A stretch of DNA of 59,664 bases, the filler included, from Squatina squatina (lineage: Eukaryota): assembly GCA_031763465.1 (NCBI GenBank). It is 3 parts of 3 records of this genome, joined end to end, with 100 filler letters (N's around TTAATTAATTAA, not from the genome) between each part and the next. Parts side by side here need not be neighbours in the genome. Positions count along the whole stretch, not along the records: positions 18,777 to 35,913 come from JARFOE010000219.1; 2 more parts are not named here. The stretch is one strand, 5' to 3'. A program made the position numbers and the translations under genes. Below, in pieces: positions 24,658 through 36,013 of the stretch. Positions within the stretch are counted from its first letter, which is position 1, and the number at the start of each line of letters is the position of its first letter. The notes under the pieces were generated by a model. The model saw only the letters and a program-made list of their open reading frames with translations. It ran no database searches and had not been told where the DNA came from.

Positions 24658-25559
24658 NNNNNNNNNNNNNNNNNNNNNNNNNNNNNNNNNNNNNNNNNNN
24701 NNNNNNNNNNNNNNNNNNNNNNNNNNNNNNNNNNNNNNNNNNNNNNNNNNNNNNNNNAAAGTAATGATGGTTAGTGGTACCTTGGCTAATCTGACAAAGT
24801 AATTAATTTTTTTGCAGCATTGCTTCCAGGTCTGCTGGCACATTCACATTATCTCCTCCCATGTACTAAATGCAGCTTGTGTGTGGACTTGGGCTCCTTA
24901 TTGCCAACACAGGGTCCATCCTCTGGCTCATTTGTTTCAATACAATTTCTATAGCTACATCTGTAAAACAGGGCATTCTGGGACTTGCGCAATTTCTTTC
25001 AGCGATCTTTTATTTGGTCCAAAGCTCTTGCAATTGAATTTCACTGGCAGCAAGTGTATTCTTGAAGCTGCTGTAGACCTTTAAATTATACACTGGATTT
25101 TCAGCCCACAAAACAGGGAGCTCCCAATGGCAAATGCTGTTCAGGTCCAGAGCTCACAGACAGTATTGTTATTAGGCTGACTTCAGAAGTTCTGGCGGAA
25201 TTAACCCATCCATATTTCAGCAAATTACCATGCTGCTCAACTCCTGCCTTGATAATGCTTGAACAAGAAATTCTAAGCCATTGCATACTGTTCCTCTCTA
25301 AAAAGATACAGGGGGTTATTTTGGTCAAAGGGTGAAAACAGGTGCTAAAGGGGTGCTGTGCTAATAGGACATGCCTGTTTGAAAGTCTGGTTTTCACACG
25401 CAATTTTGGTCCTAATTGCTGATCACCATAATTTGAACTTGCCTGGAGGCACTAAATCAGACAGCTGCAGGTTTAGCACTCAAGTGCTGATTAGACGCAA
25501 TTTTTGTGGAGCAGTATATGTGGGCTCCATGCACATACTTCCACTGAAGATGTGGAGTG

Positions 25560-25809
25560 GGCTGGCTGACACACAGCGGCAGGTTTAAGGATGGCTCAGG
25601 GACCGAGTGAGAGGCCGCACAGGTTCTCGGACGTGGCACTGGAGGTCTTGGTGGAGGAGGTCCAGAGCAGGAGGGTTGTCCTGTACCCGCAGGGTGGATG
25701 CAAGCCACCTCGTCCTCCTGTCCCTCCTGCCTCCCTCTCCTGCAGCAGCTGGTGCTGCTCTGACTGGCCTCATCTACTCCTGCAGACCAAGTGTCCCCTA
25801 GCAAGAGGC
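25560..25809 (+). mobile_element. PIF/Harbinger Myb/SANT-like DNA-binding ORF remnant
   Basis: MAQ..RPHRFSDVALEVLVEEVQSRRVVLYPQGG; a more decayed copy lies at 32540-32750. Confidence 0.65.
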
Positions 25810-25999
25810 NNNNNNNNNNNNNNNNNNNNNNNNNNNNNNNNNNNNNNNNNNNNNNNNNNNNNNNNNNNNNNNNNNNNNNNNNNNNNNNNNNNNNNNNNNN
25901 NNNNNNNNNTCTCCCCAGGAACTGACTAAGGTTGTCCCAGCCTTGGTGTCATATTTGATCACGAATTGAGCTTCCTACCTCATATCTGCACCATAAATA

Positions 26000-27028
26000 A
26001 GACCGCCCATTTCCACCTTTGTAATATCGCCCGTCTAAAACCCTCATCCATGCTGTATCACCTCTAGACTTGACTATTCCAACGTGCTCCTGACCGGCCT
26101 CCCTAGTTCTACCCTCCACAAACTTGAGGTCATCCAAAACTCCCAGTTCAGCAACACCTCAAATTTAAAATTCGCATCCTCATTTTCAAATCCCTTCATG
26201 GCCTCGCCCCTCCTTATCTCTGTAATCTCCTCCAGCCCTATATTCCCCCTAGACCTCCGCTCTCTGCGTATTCTGGCCTTTCAAACATCCCTGATTTCAA
26301 ATCCTGTACCATTTGGCAGTTGTGCCTTCAGCTGCCTAGGACCTAAACTTTGGAATTCCCTCCTTAAATTTCTCTGTCTCTCCATTTTTCTTTCCTCCTC
26401 TAAGATGCTCCTTTAAACTACCTCTTCAACCAAGCTTTTGGTCATCTGCCTAAGATCTCGTTATGTGGCTCGATGTCAAATTTTGTGGGTTTTTTTGATA
26501 ACACTTGTATGAGGAGAGATTGAGTAGACTAGGCCTGTATTCTCTAGAGTTCCGAAGAATGAGAAGTGATCTCATTGAAACATACAAAGTTCTTACAGGG
26601 CTCGACAGGATAGATGCAGGGAGCATGTTTCCCCTTGCTGGGGAGTCCAGAACCAGGGGTTACAGTTTCAGAGTAAGGGCAGGCCATTTCGGACTGAGAT
26701 GAGGAGAAATTTCTTCACTCAGAGGGTGGCGGATCTTTGGAATTCTCTACCCCTGATGGCTGTGGAGGCTCAGTCATTGAGTATATTCAAGACAGAGATC
26801 GATAGATTTCTAGATATTAAATGCATCAAGGGATATGGGGATAGTGCAGGAAAATGGCACTGAGGTAGAAGATCAGCCAGGATCTTGTTGAATGGCGGAG
26901 CAGGCTCAAGGGGCCGAATGGCCTACTCCTGCTCCTATTTCTTATGTCCTGATGTTCTGTGAAGCACCTTGGGACGCTTTACATTATTACATTAAAGGCG
27001 CTATATAAATATAAGTTGTTGTTGTTGA
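26000..27028 (+). mobile_element. L2 LINE 3' region, interrupted by a CR1 insertion
   Basis: [29 protein letters not shown]2 ORF2 motif; tail resumes at 26957 and ends in TTG repeats. Confidence 0.8.
26506..26956 (+). mobile_element. CR1 (HER1-like) LINE 3' end nested in L2
   Basis: YEERLSRLGLYSLEFRRMRSDLIETYK; GAATGGCGGAGCAGGCTC..GAATGGCCTACTCCTGCTCCTATTTCTTATG tail. Confidence 0.85.
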
Positions 27029-27158
27029 ATTGCAATGTAAGTCATTGTCTATGTCTGTGTGAAGTTTAAATTTGCATTTAACAATTATTGAACTACAGTT
27101 CTGTGTCTTCCCTGTTCTGGTGTGTAATTGCTCATTGACTATGTCTTTTGTTTTTCAG

Positions 27159-27235
27159 CCTTAGTAGAAGGAGGTATATCCCTTCCAAACCTCAATGATA
27201 GTCTGTCCAGCACACTCCATGATGCTCAAGAAATG
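27159..27235 (+). CDS. Orphan candidate exon of an unidentified gene, xLVEGGISLPNLNDSLSSTLHDAQEM
   Basis: TTTTGTTTTTCAG acceptor, ATG|GTAAGT donor, one open frame. Confidence 0.5.
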
Positions 27236-28299
27236 GTAAGTTTGTAAAAGATGTAGCTTTGCAAATTCATCCAACAAACTGTTTGGATTCAAATTCATTG
27301 CTATCCCTGGTTTTGTCTTTATTTAACTTCTGTTTCATTTACGTATTGCTGCTAAAAAGACAGTTTTGTAATTGTATGGGTTTTCTCTGTGATTCATAAA
27401 AATAGTTACTACACAAGCAACATTTTGCCACAGTTTTCATTTATCTTTTAATGTATAGTAATACCTCTTATTGCAACAATAACCGTAAGCAAAGATTGGT
27501 GGTTGACTGAAGGCATTTTATCTTTCATGATATGCATCCTTCTGATTTTAATACATCTGCTAAAATTACATTCCAATACTATATAATCAAGTAAAATGAT
27601 ATCTAGAGAACACATTTTGAAGCAGTAAAGTGTTTGGTACAGACGGCCTAAATTACTTAAATGTATTACACTGGAGTTTTTAGTGAGCAGTTATGAAAAG
27701 TTATTTTAATCCATCCTATGTGATTTCAGAGAATGTTGTACACCTTTAGCAATCTGCAAAATACAAGGAATGGCATTGCAAGTCGACGAATCGGCTTGGT
27801 GCATTTTATGTCTTAATGCATTCCCCTCCACGCCCTAAAAGTCATGAATTAGAAAATCAAAGGTCATTTTGTTTCAAAACCACCTTCGCTTAAATTCCCC
27901 CCTTCCATGCAAACTTTCCACGGTACTGGTTTGGGGACGATGAACAGGATGCATAACCTTGAATGCCGAATGCACCCCCTTTTGGGGCCGGGATGTTCCC
28001 ACAGTGCACAGAGTCCAGTAACGAATGGGACTTTTTTTAAATATTTTCACACAGCTTCCGAAATTTCCACCCACTCCACCAGAAGTTCACCACAAAAAAT
28101 ATACCGGAAGGGTTCCAGAAAATGCTTCTAAAAAAAAACCCTGCATCTCTTTTGTGAATTAATAAATAATGCAGAATAATGTGCACAGTGCACAAACTAT
28201 ACTAGTGCTAACAGTTAGTGAGAATTGGGCTTTAGGTTTAATTAATGTGTAGCCGAGTCCTTCCTCCTGGAAGGTCCTGTTCATTACTGAACTGTGGAT

Positions 28300-28480
28300 C
28301 TCCGGGGGGGATTTTCCCTCCTTTCCCCATTCGGTACATCTTGTTCTCTTTCTAACTGAACGCATTTTCTGTTCGCTGGAATTTCCCAGCCAAAAGCACA
28401 GACACTTTGCGTGACTGGAGTTGGAGGCGGAGACATGAAACCCCGCCCAGAAAAACCCCCCAAATTACTTTTTAAATCGT
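28300..28480 (+). promoter_or_regulatory. NFKBIA promoter with kappaB sites, GC box and TATA-like element
   Basis: GGGATTTTCC 28308-17; GGAATTTCCC 28378-87; CCCCGCCC 28441-48; AGAAAAACCCC 28449-59; TTTAAA 28471-76. Confidence 0.75.
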
Positions 28481-28639
28481 TGGTTTGCAGCGCAGCCTCA
28501 CAGTTCTGAGACGTGGCAGAGGAGTGCAGTGTTTAGGGAGAACTTGACATTGTCGTTTACTCATTGCCTTTCTGGGGTGTGCGTGTTTTTCCCCCCCCTC
28601 TTGTCTCTCTCTCACGAGAAAACTTCTTGTGCAAAAGTC

Positions 28640-28905
28640 ATGGCGGATCCCATTCTATTTAACAACTGCATCGATGGGCTGGATCAGCACAGCAAGTGCA
28701 GAGGGAAGCCGGATTATCAGTGCGGACCAGTGCAGCCCGGGGCAGGGAAGCAGGCTGGGCTCTGGGAGGAGCGCTGCGACAGTGGCATCGGCTCAATGAA
28801 TGAGAAGGACGAGGAGATGATGCGGGAGATCCGGGAGCTGAGCCTGGTCGATAAGCCGGAGGCGGCCCAGTGCTGGAAAGACTTCGTCTCGGAGGATGGA
28901 GATAC
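28640..28905 (+). CDS. NFKBIA: NF-kappa-B inhibitor alpha exon 1
   Basis: ATG at 28640; DSGIGS phosphodegron; SEDGDT|GTAAG. Confidence 0.92.
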
Positions 28906-29496
28906 GTAAGTAATTTGGAGACTTTGGGAAAAAAAAGAATAAGGTGTAAAAAAAAAATTGCATAAATTTAAAAATCTTGCATTGGTAAAAGTGCATGTAA
29001 AGCTCGCTGGAAAAAGTAAGCTGTTCCACTAAAAATAACACTTTACCAAGCGCTGAAAGGTTTCTAGACTCCCTACGGGTAAAATTTCAACTAAAGATAA
29101 TGTCCATGACATAAAACCAAGTGGACAATTAATACTGAATGGTGGCGTTTTATTTATGATGATTGTTAGATTTTTAAAAATATTTTTAAGTGAAAATGGC
29201 TGAGCAAAGTGTTTTTATTAAATTAATCTCTGCGTTTGCGAATCGGAGTGTATGATTAAAAGTTTGTGAGAACACGATGTTCTGGCGGTGGCGGCGCTGG
29301 GCGGTGCAGTTCCTGTTTGAGGCTGGAAAGCCCCTGGCAGGCGGCCAGCCAGCCGTTGTCTGATAAATATTTAACAGTGTGGAAAGTACCCAAAAAACCC
29401 GAGCTTGCGCAACCCTGGAGACTTCGCCGCAGAGCTTGCAGAGCAGCGTTTTTTCCCCCTGATGTAGCAAGTTTTAACATGGCATTTCCCTTTTAG

Positions 29497-29605
29497 GTTT
29501 CTGCATTTGGCAATCATCCATACAGCTAATGAAATTGTGTTCCAAATCCTCAACAATACCCGGGAAGGGGATCAATACCTTCACCGTCAGAACAACCTGA
29601 AACAG
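29497..29605 (+). CDS. NFKBIA: NFKBIA exon 2 (ankyrin repeats)
   Basis: FLHLAIIHTANEIVFQILNNTREGDQYLHRQNNLKQ; AG/GT. Confidence 0.93.
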
Positions 29606-29937
29606 GTAAATATTTACAACCGATTCGCTGCAGGTCCAAGTTTACGGTGCTCTGTACTAATATTAACTGGGGTTCTATGCACAGCACTAGCATTATTATT
29701 TTAAGTATAATAAATTGGGGACTACATTTGGTTGATTATAAAATTCTGGGAACAGAAGCAGCTGAATGGGGCAGTTCTTGTTTCAGACTGGGAAGTCCCC
29801 AGCGTATTAATAAATGTTGTAACTTGACTAGGGAAGCACAAATAACTCCTGCACATCTCAATTTTCCTCAGTGCTGTGCTTTTCCATGGTTTGCCCTGCA
29901 GTATTCTCACTGGAATTCTTTGTCTTGTTTTGTTCAG

Positions 29938-30148
29938 ACTCCCATGCATCTGGCAGTGATCACACAGCAGCCTGAGGTGCTGCGTTCTTTGCTTTGGGCT
30001 GGAGGAGACTTGGGACTGAGGGACATTTATGGGAACACACCTCTACACATCGCTTGTGAGATGAATTCGGCCTCGTGCGTGAAGACCATCACTGAATTCT
30101 CCACAAGGCACGATATCCGAAACCTCTTGGACAGCAAGAACTACAATG
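29938..30148 (+). CDS. NFKBIA: NFKBIA exon 3
   Basis: TPMHLAVITQQPEVLRSLL...GNTPLHIACE...KNYNG; AG/GT. Confidence 0.93.
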
Positions 30149-30396
30149 GTACAGTTATCCACTATATCTAGTGGATCAAATAGGAATTTAATTTTTCTGA
30201 ATAATTTTTGTATTTAAAAAATTTAAATTGATATAAAATTTAATGTTGGATTTTTTTTATAGCTATAGCTAAAATATGGTGACAAGCTAACTTAAAACTA
30301 TAATTTACTTACTAGAAACTTAATGGGATTTAACATTTGAAAGTGAATATTTGATAGTTGCAACTATTTGAGAATTTTCCACTTTTTCCATTTCAG

Positions 30397-30485
30397 GTCT
30401 TACATGTTTGCAGTTGGCAGTCAAAAGCAGACTTCATGAGATGGTGAAATGTTTAACGCAGCTAGGAGCTGACATTAATGCTCAG
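30397..30485 (+). CDS. NFKBIA: NFKBIA exon 4
   Basis: GLTCLQLAVKSRLHEMVKCLTQLGADINAQ; AG/GT; later exons not seen (gap). Confidence 0.92.
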
Positions 30486-31796
30486 GTATATTAATTATTC
30501 ACTTTCTGATTGATAATTATCTCAGTTGTTGCTATTGTGTCTTTTTAGTTTTCTCTTGCATGGTGAGTACTAACTGTAATGTATGTTTTTNNNNNNNNNN
30601 NNNNNNNNNNNNNNNNNNNNNNNNNNNNNNNNNNNNNNNNNNNNNNNNNNNNNNNNNNNNNNNNNNNNNNNNNNNNNNNNNNNNNNNNNNCATGTGCAGA
30701 TTTCAGGTGGGGACCGTGTCAGTTTTGTCCTCAGGTTCAAAAAGGCTGCTGAAACATTCCAAGCTCACACAGGAAGAATGGCCACTTGGATGAGGTGGTA
30801 GAGGGCTATTATCACCTGGAAATTCATACTGAAACACAAGCCACAGCTCTTTGAGGAAGAGGTGAAAAAAGAAGAAAATTAAGAAATAAAATAAAGCTGC
30901 CCAGGATGGCTACAGAATCATTAAATATAAAAATAAAGCATAACACTTCTTTAAATACAAAAGACGCAAAATACAGGCAACATCAAAATCTCCAGCCACT
31001 GTTTTTCTTCAGTTATGTTTTTGAAGACACAACCATTTATGTGGAACTTCATAGGAGCATCTTTCCACTCCCTCTTCATCATATGGTATGTGCCAAGTAT
31101 TGCTTGTTGTCTGTACTATAGTGTCATACTTTGGTATGATCTATAGGGAAAGATATATTTTAAAAACTGTCAATTAATATAGAGACAAACTGAGTAATAC
31201 AACTAAAAATAGATTGTTTAAAATAATATTTCTAAATATGACAAAGTTCATGTGAGCGACCAAGTTCAACTAATATTTAGAACATAAATAAGCAATTTGC
31301 ATAGAACAACAATCCACACATTATTGTTAAAAGTTTATGTACTGTTTAATTTAAGTAGTTCATTTTTGTTTGGCCTAGTAACTTAGAGACTGTGGGCTAG
31401 AAATTCATCTCCTGTTGCACCCCATTGGTGCCTCCGAGGGGCGCTAATAGGGCGTAACAGGAAAAAATGGCGCCGGGNNNNNNNNNNNNNNNNNNNNNNN
31501 NNNNNNNNNNNNNNNNNNNNNNNNNNNNNNNNNNNNNNNNNNNNNNNNNNNNNNNNNNNNNNNNNNNNNNNNNNNNNGAACACTGAGTTCCTTTCCAGAA
31601 TATACATTGCCTTGAAGCATTAAAACTCAATATATAAAATTTATACTTCCGAACAAATGTGGTTTCAGCAAATAATTCACGGAAGAATAGTTTACTAAGT
31701 TACTCTCCTTAAAATCTACACATGAAGAATTTTCTTATAGAAAAATTACACTGCAGTCTTTGTACTTCTAAATTCTGTTCAAAGTGTACCTCTCAC

Positions 31797-31992
31797 CTCA
31801 AATTTCATCTTGTGTCCTGGATTGTAGCTTGAGAGCACGAGTTGGTGTCCACGCTGCCACTTGAAGAACAGTCTTCGGGTGTTCTTGTCAGACAAGCAAG
31901 CTTTATGATCCCGCATGAGGTCTCTACTAAGGAATTTACAGTGATTGCCTGAATGTATAGTTGCATATAACAGAAAAGGATCATCTTCAGAA
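31797..31992 (-). CDS. PRORP: Mitochondrial RNase P catalytic subunit, NYN-domain exon
   Basis: [51 protein letters not shown]; AG/GTGAG. Confidence 0.93.
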
Positions 31993-33169
31993 CTAGATCA
32001 AGAGAAAGCAGAACAAGTTGTGATTACATCAGTCAACATGTGCACACACAAATGTATTTGCAATGGCACTTTCTGTACGCTAAACTTTAATTAAAACAGA
32101 CATTTAGTTGGTTCTTCAATTAATTGTCAATTTTGGTGGCCCAAGTCTTGTGATTTTGTGCAAGTTTTTCGGATCTCCTGCAGTACCCTAAAAGCCATGA
32201 AATCTAAGACACTAATTTGAACTTTTACAGACACTGTTTGTAACAATCTAATTTTGTGGAATTATACACAAAAATAAAGTGGCTGTATATGACTGCCATG
32301 GTTCAGAATTTTGTGGCCATTTTATCCACTCAAAAAGTACTTAGACATAAGCGATTTTAATGTTTTTTGGACAAAAACTTGCCTGAAAAGAAGTACTTTA
32401 CCTAGACAGTCCCATTTCTGGGTTCGCCATCAATAAGCAGATGAGAGGGGATTTAAATGCAGGATGGGCAGTTGTTTTGCACAAATCCCAAACAATGGCT
32501 GGTTTTGTTATGGTCATTCAGGAGAGAAATTGGTGACAAAACAACACTACAATGGAGGCCCTGGTGGAGGAGGTCAGAAGGAGTAGGGTCACCCTCTTCT
32601 CAGCAAGCAGCAGGAAGGTATCCCGCCAAGCTGCTCGGCAGTAGTGGGCACAAATGGTGGAGAGTGTCAGTGCTAGGAGCATCACCCCATGGAGATGGCT
32701 CCAAAGTTGGAAGAAGCATAATGACGTGACATGGGTTGCTAAGGTAAGACTTCTAACTCTGATCTCATCTCATTCTCTGCATTACTCTGACTACCTGTTG
32801 CCCCAGCACTCACAACTCTTCCCTCTCCTGATTCACTTCACTTTCATCTCATCACTGTATTTCACTTCACTTCACTTCCATCAAGCACCAGGCTCATATC
32901 TGTATTGCAATCCACTAAAGCCCCTCTTTTGAAACTCCATTCTTGTAAAAACTTGCCTTCCTCGAAAAGCCACACGTAATGCAACTCTCTCTCAGAATTC
33001 CACACCAGTAGAGGTATTAGAATGGAATTAAAACTAATTTAATAAGACATAATTTAAAAAACATTGTTCATTTGTCAGTCAGCATCATTTTCTGGTAGGG
33101 TTGATGTTGGTGCTAAGTGTTATAGTTGTTCTAGTCATTGTCGCAAACCTGTTGATATTTTAACTGAAA

Positions 33170-33485
33170 GATCCTGAAAGAGGTAGCTACAGAGGTAATG
33201 GATGCACTGGTTGTAATCTTCCAAAAATCATTAGATTTTGGGGAAGTACCGGAGGACTGGAAGACTGCAAATNNNNNNNNNNNNNNNNNNNNNNNNNNNN
33301 NNNNNNNNNNNNNNNNNNNNNNNNNNNNNNNNNNNNNNNNNNNNNNNNNNNNNNNNNNNNNNNNNNNNNNNNGGAAGGTGGACTTGAGAAATGTCGGATC
33401 AGCCATGATCCAATTGAATGGCGGAGCGGGCTCGACGGGCCAAATGGCCGACTCCTGCTGCTACTTCTTATGGTCTTATGGTCTA
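33170..33485 (+). mobile_element. CR1 LINE RT fragment and 3' tail (gap between)
   Basis: ILKEVATEVMDALVVIFQKSLDFGEVPEDWKTAN; CTTATGGT tail repeats. Confidence 0.8.
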
Positions 33486-33546
33486 ATGACGGGGAACGTT
33501 GGCAAGGCCACAGCCATGGCTTTCCTGCTGTATGTGTAAGATTCTA

Positions 33547-33689
33547 TGACACTATTTCAAAGAAGAGGAGGGGAGTTCTCCCTGGTGTCCTTGCCAACAT
33601 TTATACCTCAACCAACAACATTAAAACAGATCATTATCACATTGCTGCTTGTGGGAGCTTGCTGCCGCATTTCCCACATTACAACAGTG
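33547..33689 (+). mobile_element. Deu-type SINE central fragment abutting the PRORP exon
   Basis: Same family as 13104-13521 (CATTATCACATTGCTG..GTGGGAGCTTGCTG..CACATTACAACAGTG). Confidence 0.8.
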
Positions 33690-34245
33690 CCAAGTACTTC
33701 AAAAGGAGTTCATACCCAACAGTACCAGTTTCCATTGTCACAAAAACTAAAAGTGATTTTGCCACATCAACATCAGCACTAATAGACAGTAGCTTTTCCA
33801 TCATGCTTATTTCAAAACGAGTTTTATTGTACGATTCTGCTTTCAATTTCTTCCATTCATCTAGACTTAAAGGCTTTATTGGAATTGACGTTTTTGCAAC
33901 TTTTGGTATTTTTGAAGCGTCAGCCAATTTGTTAGCCATTTTGCTTTTCGTGAACTCTGCTCTTTTTCTGGCTGCCCCAGCTGTAAATAAAGAAAATAAA
34001 GAGCCGGTGTCGCCCCTGCGAGTAGCTTTTCCTTGTTGAATGCTTGGTGTGTTCCTCTTGTCTCCATCATTCTGTTTGTACTCAGTTAACAGTAAAAACT
34101 TTGACGAGGTGCAGAGCTGCGGAGCAGTACAACGTTGTTCAAGCCTCCATGCATCTTGGTTTCTAACCACAGACCCGAGTGCACGCTGCAAGCGGGGGGC
34201 AAGGATCCGCAGGTGTTGAGGCAACATGACAAGCAATGAAGGCAT
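33686..34245 (-). CDS. PRORP: PRORP first coding exon (5' part; runs into SINE sequence)
   Basis: Arg/Leu-rich presequence-like N-terminus, LFTAGAARKR, PLSLDEWKKLK, VDVAKSLL, GYELLLKYLAL; divergent from PPP2R3C. Confidence 0.85.
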
Positions 34246-34570
34246 TGCCTCTTTAACGCCAGCTCCGCGTCATGCCTTCACCGGGCAGAAAATAAGGCGA
34301 AACGGTGTTACTCAGCAATAATTCTTTTCCGGCTACTGACCTTTCGGGACTAGTCGCTGTTAACATTTATCGCACTAACAAAAGTCACTATCACACTTGA
34401 AACCGGCGCCGAGCTAAAGGGCAATTGTCCGTCGGTCGATTAACCATCACTGCGCACTCGGTCACCAAACGTCACCGTCATGCCCCGCCCCCTTGTGACG
34501 ACACAGAACGCCGGAGCCAGTTGGTTGCGGGGTCAGAGGTGACAGCGAGCACGCAGTCAATCAATGGTGT
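34246..34570. promoter_or_regulatory. Bidirectional CpG-rich promoter PRORP/PPP2R3C
   Basis: Divergent start codons under 400 bp apart; GC box CCCCGCCCCC near 34483; CpG-rich. Confidence 0.75.
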
Positions 34571-34619
34571 GATGGAGGGTGATGGTGCTGGTGCCAGGAT
34601 GGTGGCCCAGACACCGGCT

Positions 34620-34678
34620 ATGAACTGGAAACGGGCATTGAAGAATCGGCTGGCTGCCGTGGCCTCTCAGAACCATAG
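34620..34678 (+). CDS. PPP2R3C: PP2A regulatory subunit B'' gamma exon 1 (3' boundary uncertain)
   Basis: MNWKRALKNRLAAVASQNH resembles human MDWKEVLRRRLA; upstream in-frame ATGs at 34572 and 34599. Confidence 0.8.
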
Positions 34679-35181
34679 GTTTACACAAAGGGGAGGTCCC
34701 CTCCGAATTGAGAAGCTGCAGATTGCTCTTTCGGATTTTGTGGATTGTATATTCGGATATGTGAATAATGAAGCAGGAAGCGAGTTTTATCCAGGATTTC
34801 TGCACCTACCAATATTACTGTCTGAATTGTAATCCACCTAATTACAGGCAGCTCTGTTATTGAACTGGTGTCGTTGCNNNNNNNNNNNNNNNNNNNNNNN
34901 NNNNNNNNNNNNNNNNNNNNNNNNNNNNNNNNNNNNNNNNNNNNNNNNNNNNNNNNNNNNNNNNNNNNNNNNNNNNNGAATAGTAATATTTTCCAAGTGC
35001 TTTGTGTTTTGTAGAAGAGAGATAACAACAAATGTTTTTCTCTTGATATATCTAAATGTAAAATAATTGTTGGATATTCATTAAAAATGAATAATATGAG
35101 TAAAGCAAAATTTGTTGAAGTTGGTCACAAAATCCTTCCTGAAGAAATTTTAATGGTCCTATTTGTTTTCAAATAAAACAG

Positions 35182-35309
35182 CTAAAAAAACAGACCAAGA
35201 ACTAAAGGACAATGAGATGAATCTGTTCACGAAATACTATGTTGAATGGCGAGGAGGCAGGAAAAAGAACAATCTATCTTACAGCAACATCCCAAGATTT
35301 TATTATAGG
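35182..35309 (+). CDS. PPP2R3C: PPP2R3C exon 2
   Basis: KKTDQELKDNEMNLFTKYYVEWRGGRKKNNLSYSNIPRFYYR; AG/GT. Confidence 0.92.
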
Positions 35310-35559
35310 GTAGGTACCTTCTGTTTTCAACTCGCAAACAAATAATCACACTGTTTCTACTGTACAAAAGCTATAGAATTACAATTTAATTCTTAAAATG
35401 TCTGATCATCTTAAAAATAATTGAATTTAATTCATGTTTTTGCATGAAATTCAACTTTTAATGTTCTATTGTAATTAAAGTACCTTTATATTTTGACTGT
35501 TTGTTTATTTTTTAAAATTTTTTTCCCCATAAAACTTTAATTCTTTCCCTCCCCACTTT

Positions 35560-35913
35560 GTTTCCCAAAGGTGTGACTCGTGCTGAGGGTAAAGTTCCAA
35601 GGGTGCCAGCACCCATGCTTTACTCAAGTGGTCATTCTTAATGTGTGACCTGGACACACCAGTGAATGTTGACAGGCTACCTGCTCTTAGAGGATATCAC
35701 AGTTAAATCTGTTCCTGTCCTCACCTAATGCTACACCTATACATTTTCCAGCAGGAGTCACTACCCAACAGTCAGGAGCAGGAATCCTGGCAGACTTGTT
35801 TACTTCTTCCCCCAAGCCTGGAGACACAAACAATTATTGCGTCCCACTGAGATGAACTAACTCTTCATGCACCGGGGATCAAACCTCCGATCTTCTCGCT
35901 CTGTATGGCTCAG
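35560..35913 (-). mobile_element. tRNA-derived SINE (second family)
   Basis: Reverse-strand B-box-like GGTTTGATCCC followed by GAGTTAGTT; similar to the plus copy at 44975-45230. Confidence 0.55.
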
Positions 35914-36013
35914 NNNNNNNNNNNNNNNNNNNNNNNNNNNNNNNNNNNNNNNNNNNNTTAATTAATTAANNNNNNNNNNNNNNNNNNNNNNNNNNNNNNN
36001 NNNNNNNNNNNNN
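35914..36013. other. Artificial scaffold linker N44-TTAATTAATTAA-N44
   Basis: Identical design to 18677-18776. Confidence 0.95.

Noticed and set aside
30691-31790. Loss of PSMA6 between NFKBIA and PRORP (and of INSM2 upstream)
   Set aside because: Unsized gaps demonstrably hide many exons, so absence is uninformative.
33470-34039. 189-aa plus-strand ORF
   Set aside because: Antisense of PRORP plus SINE sequence.
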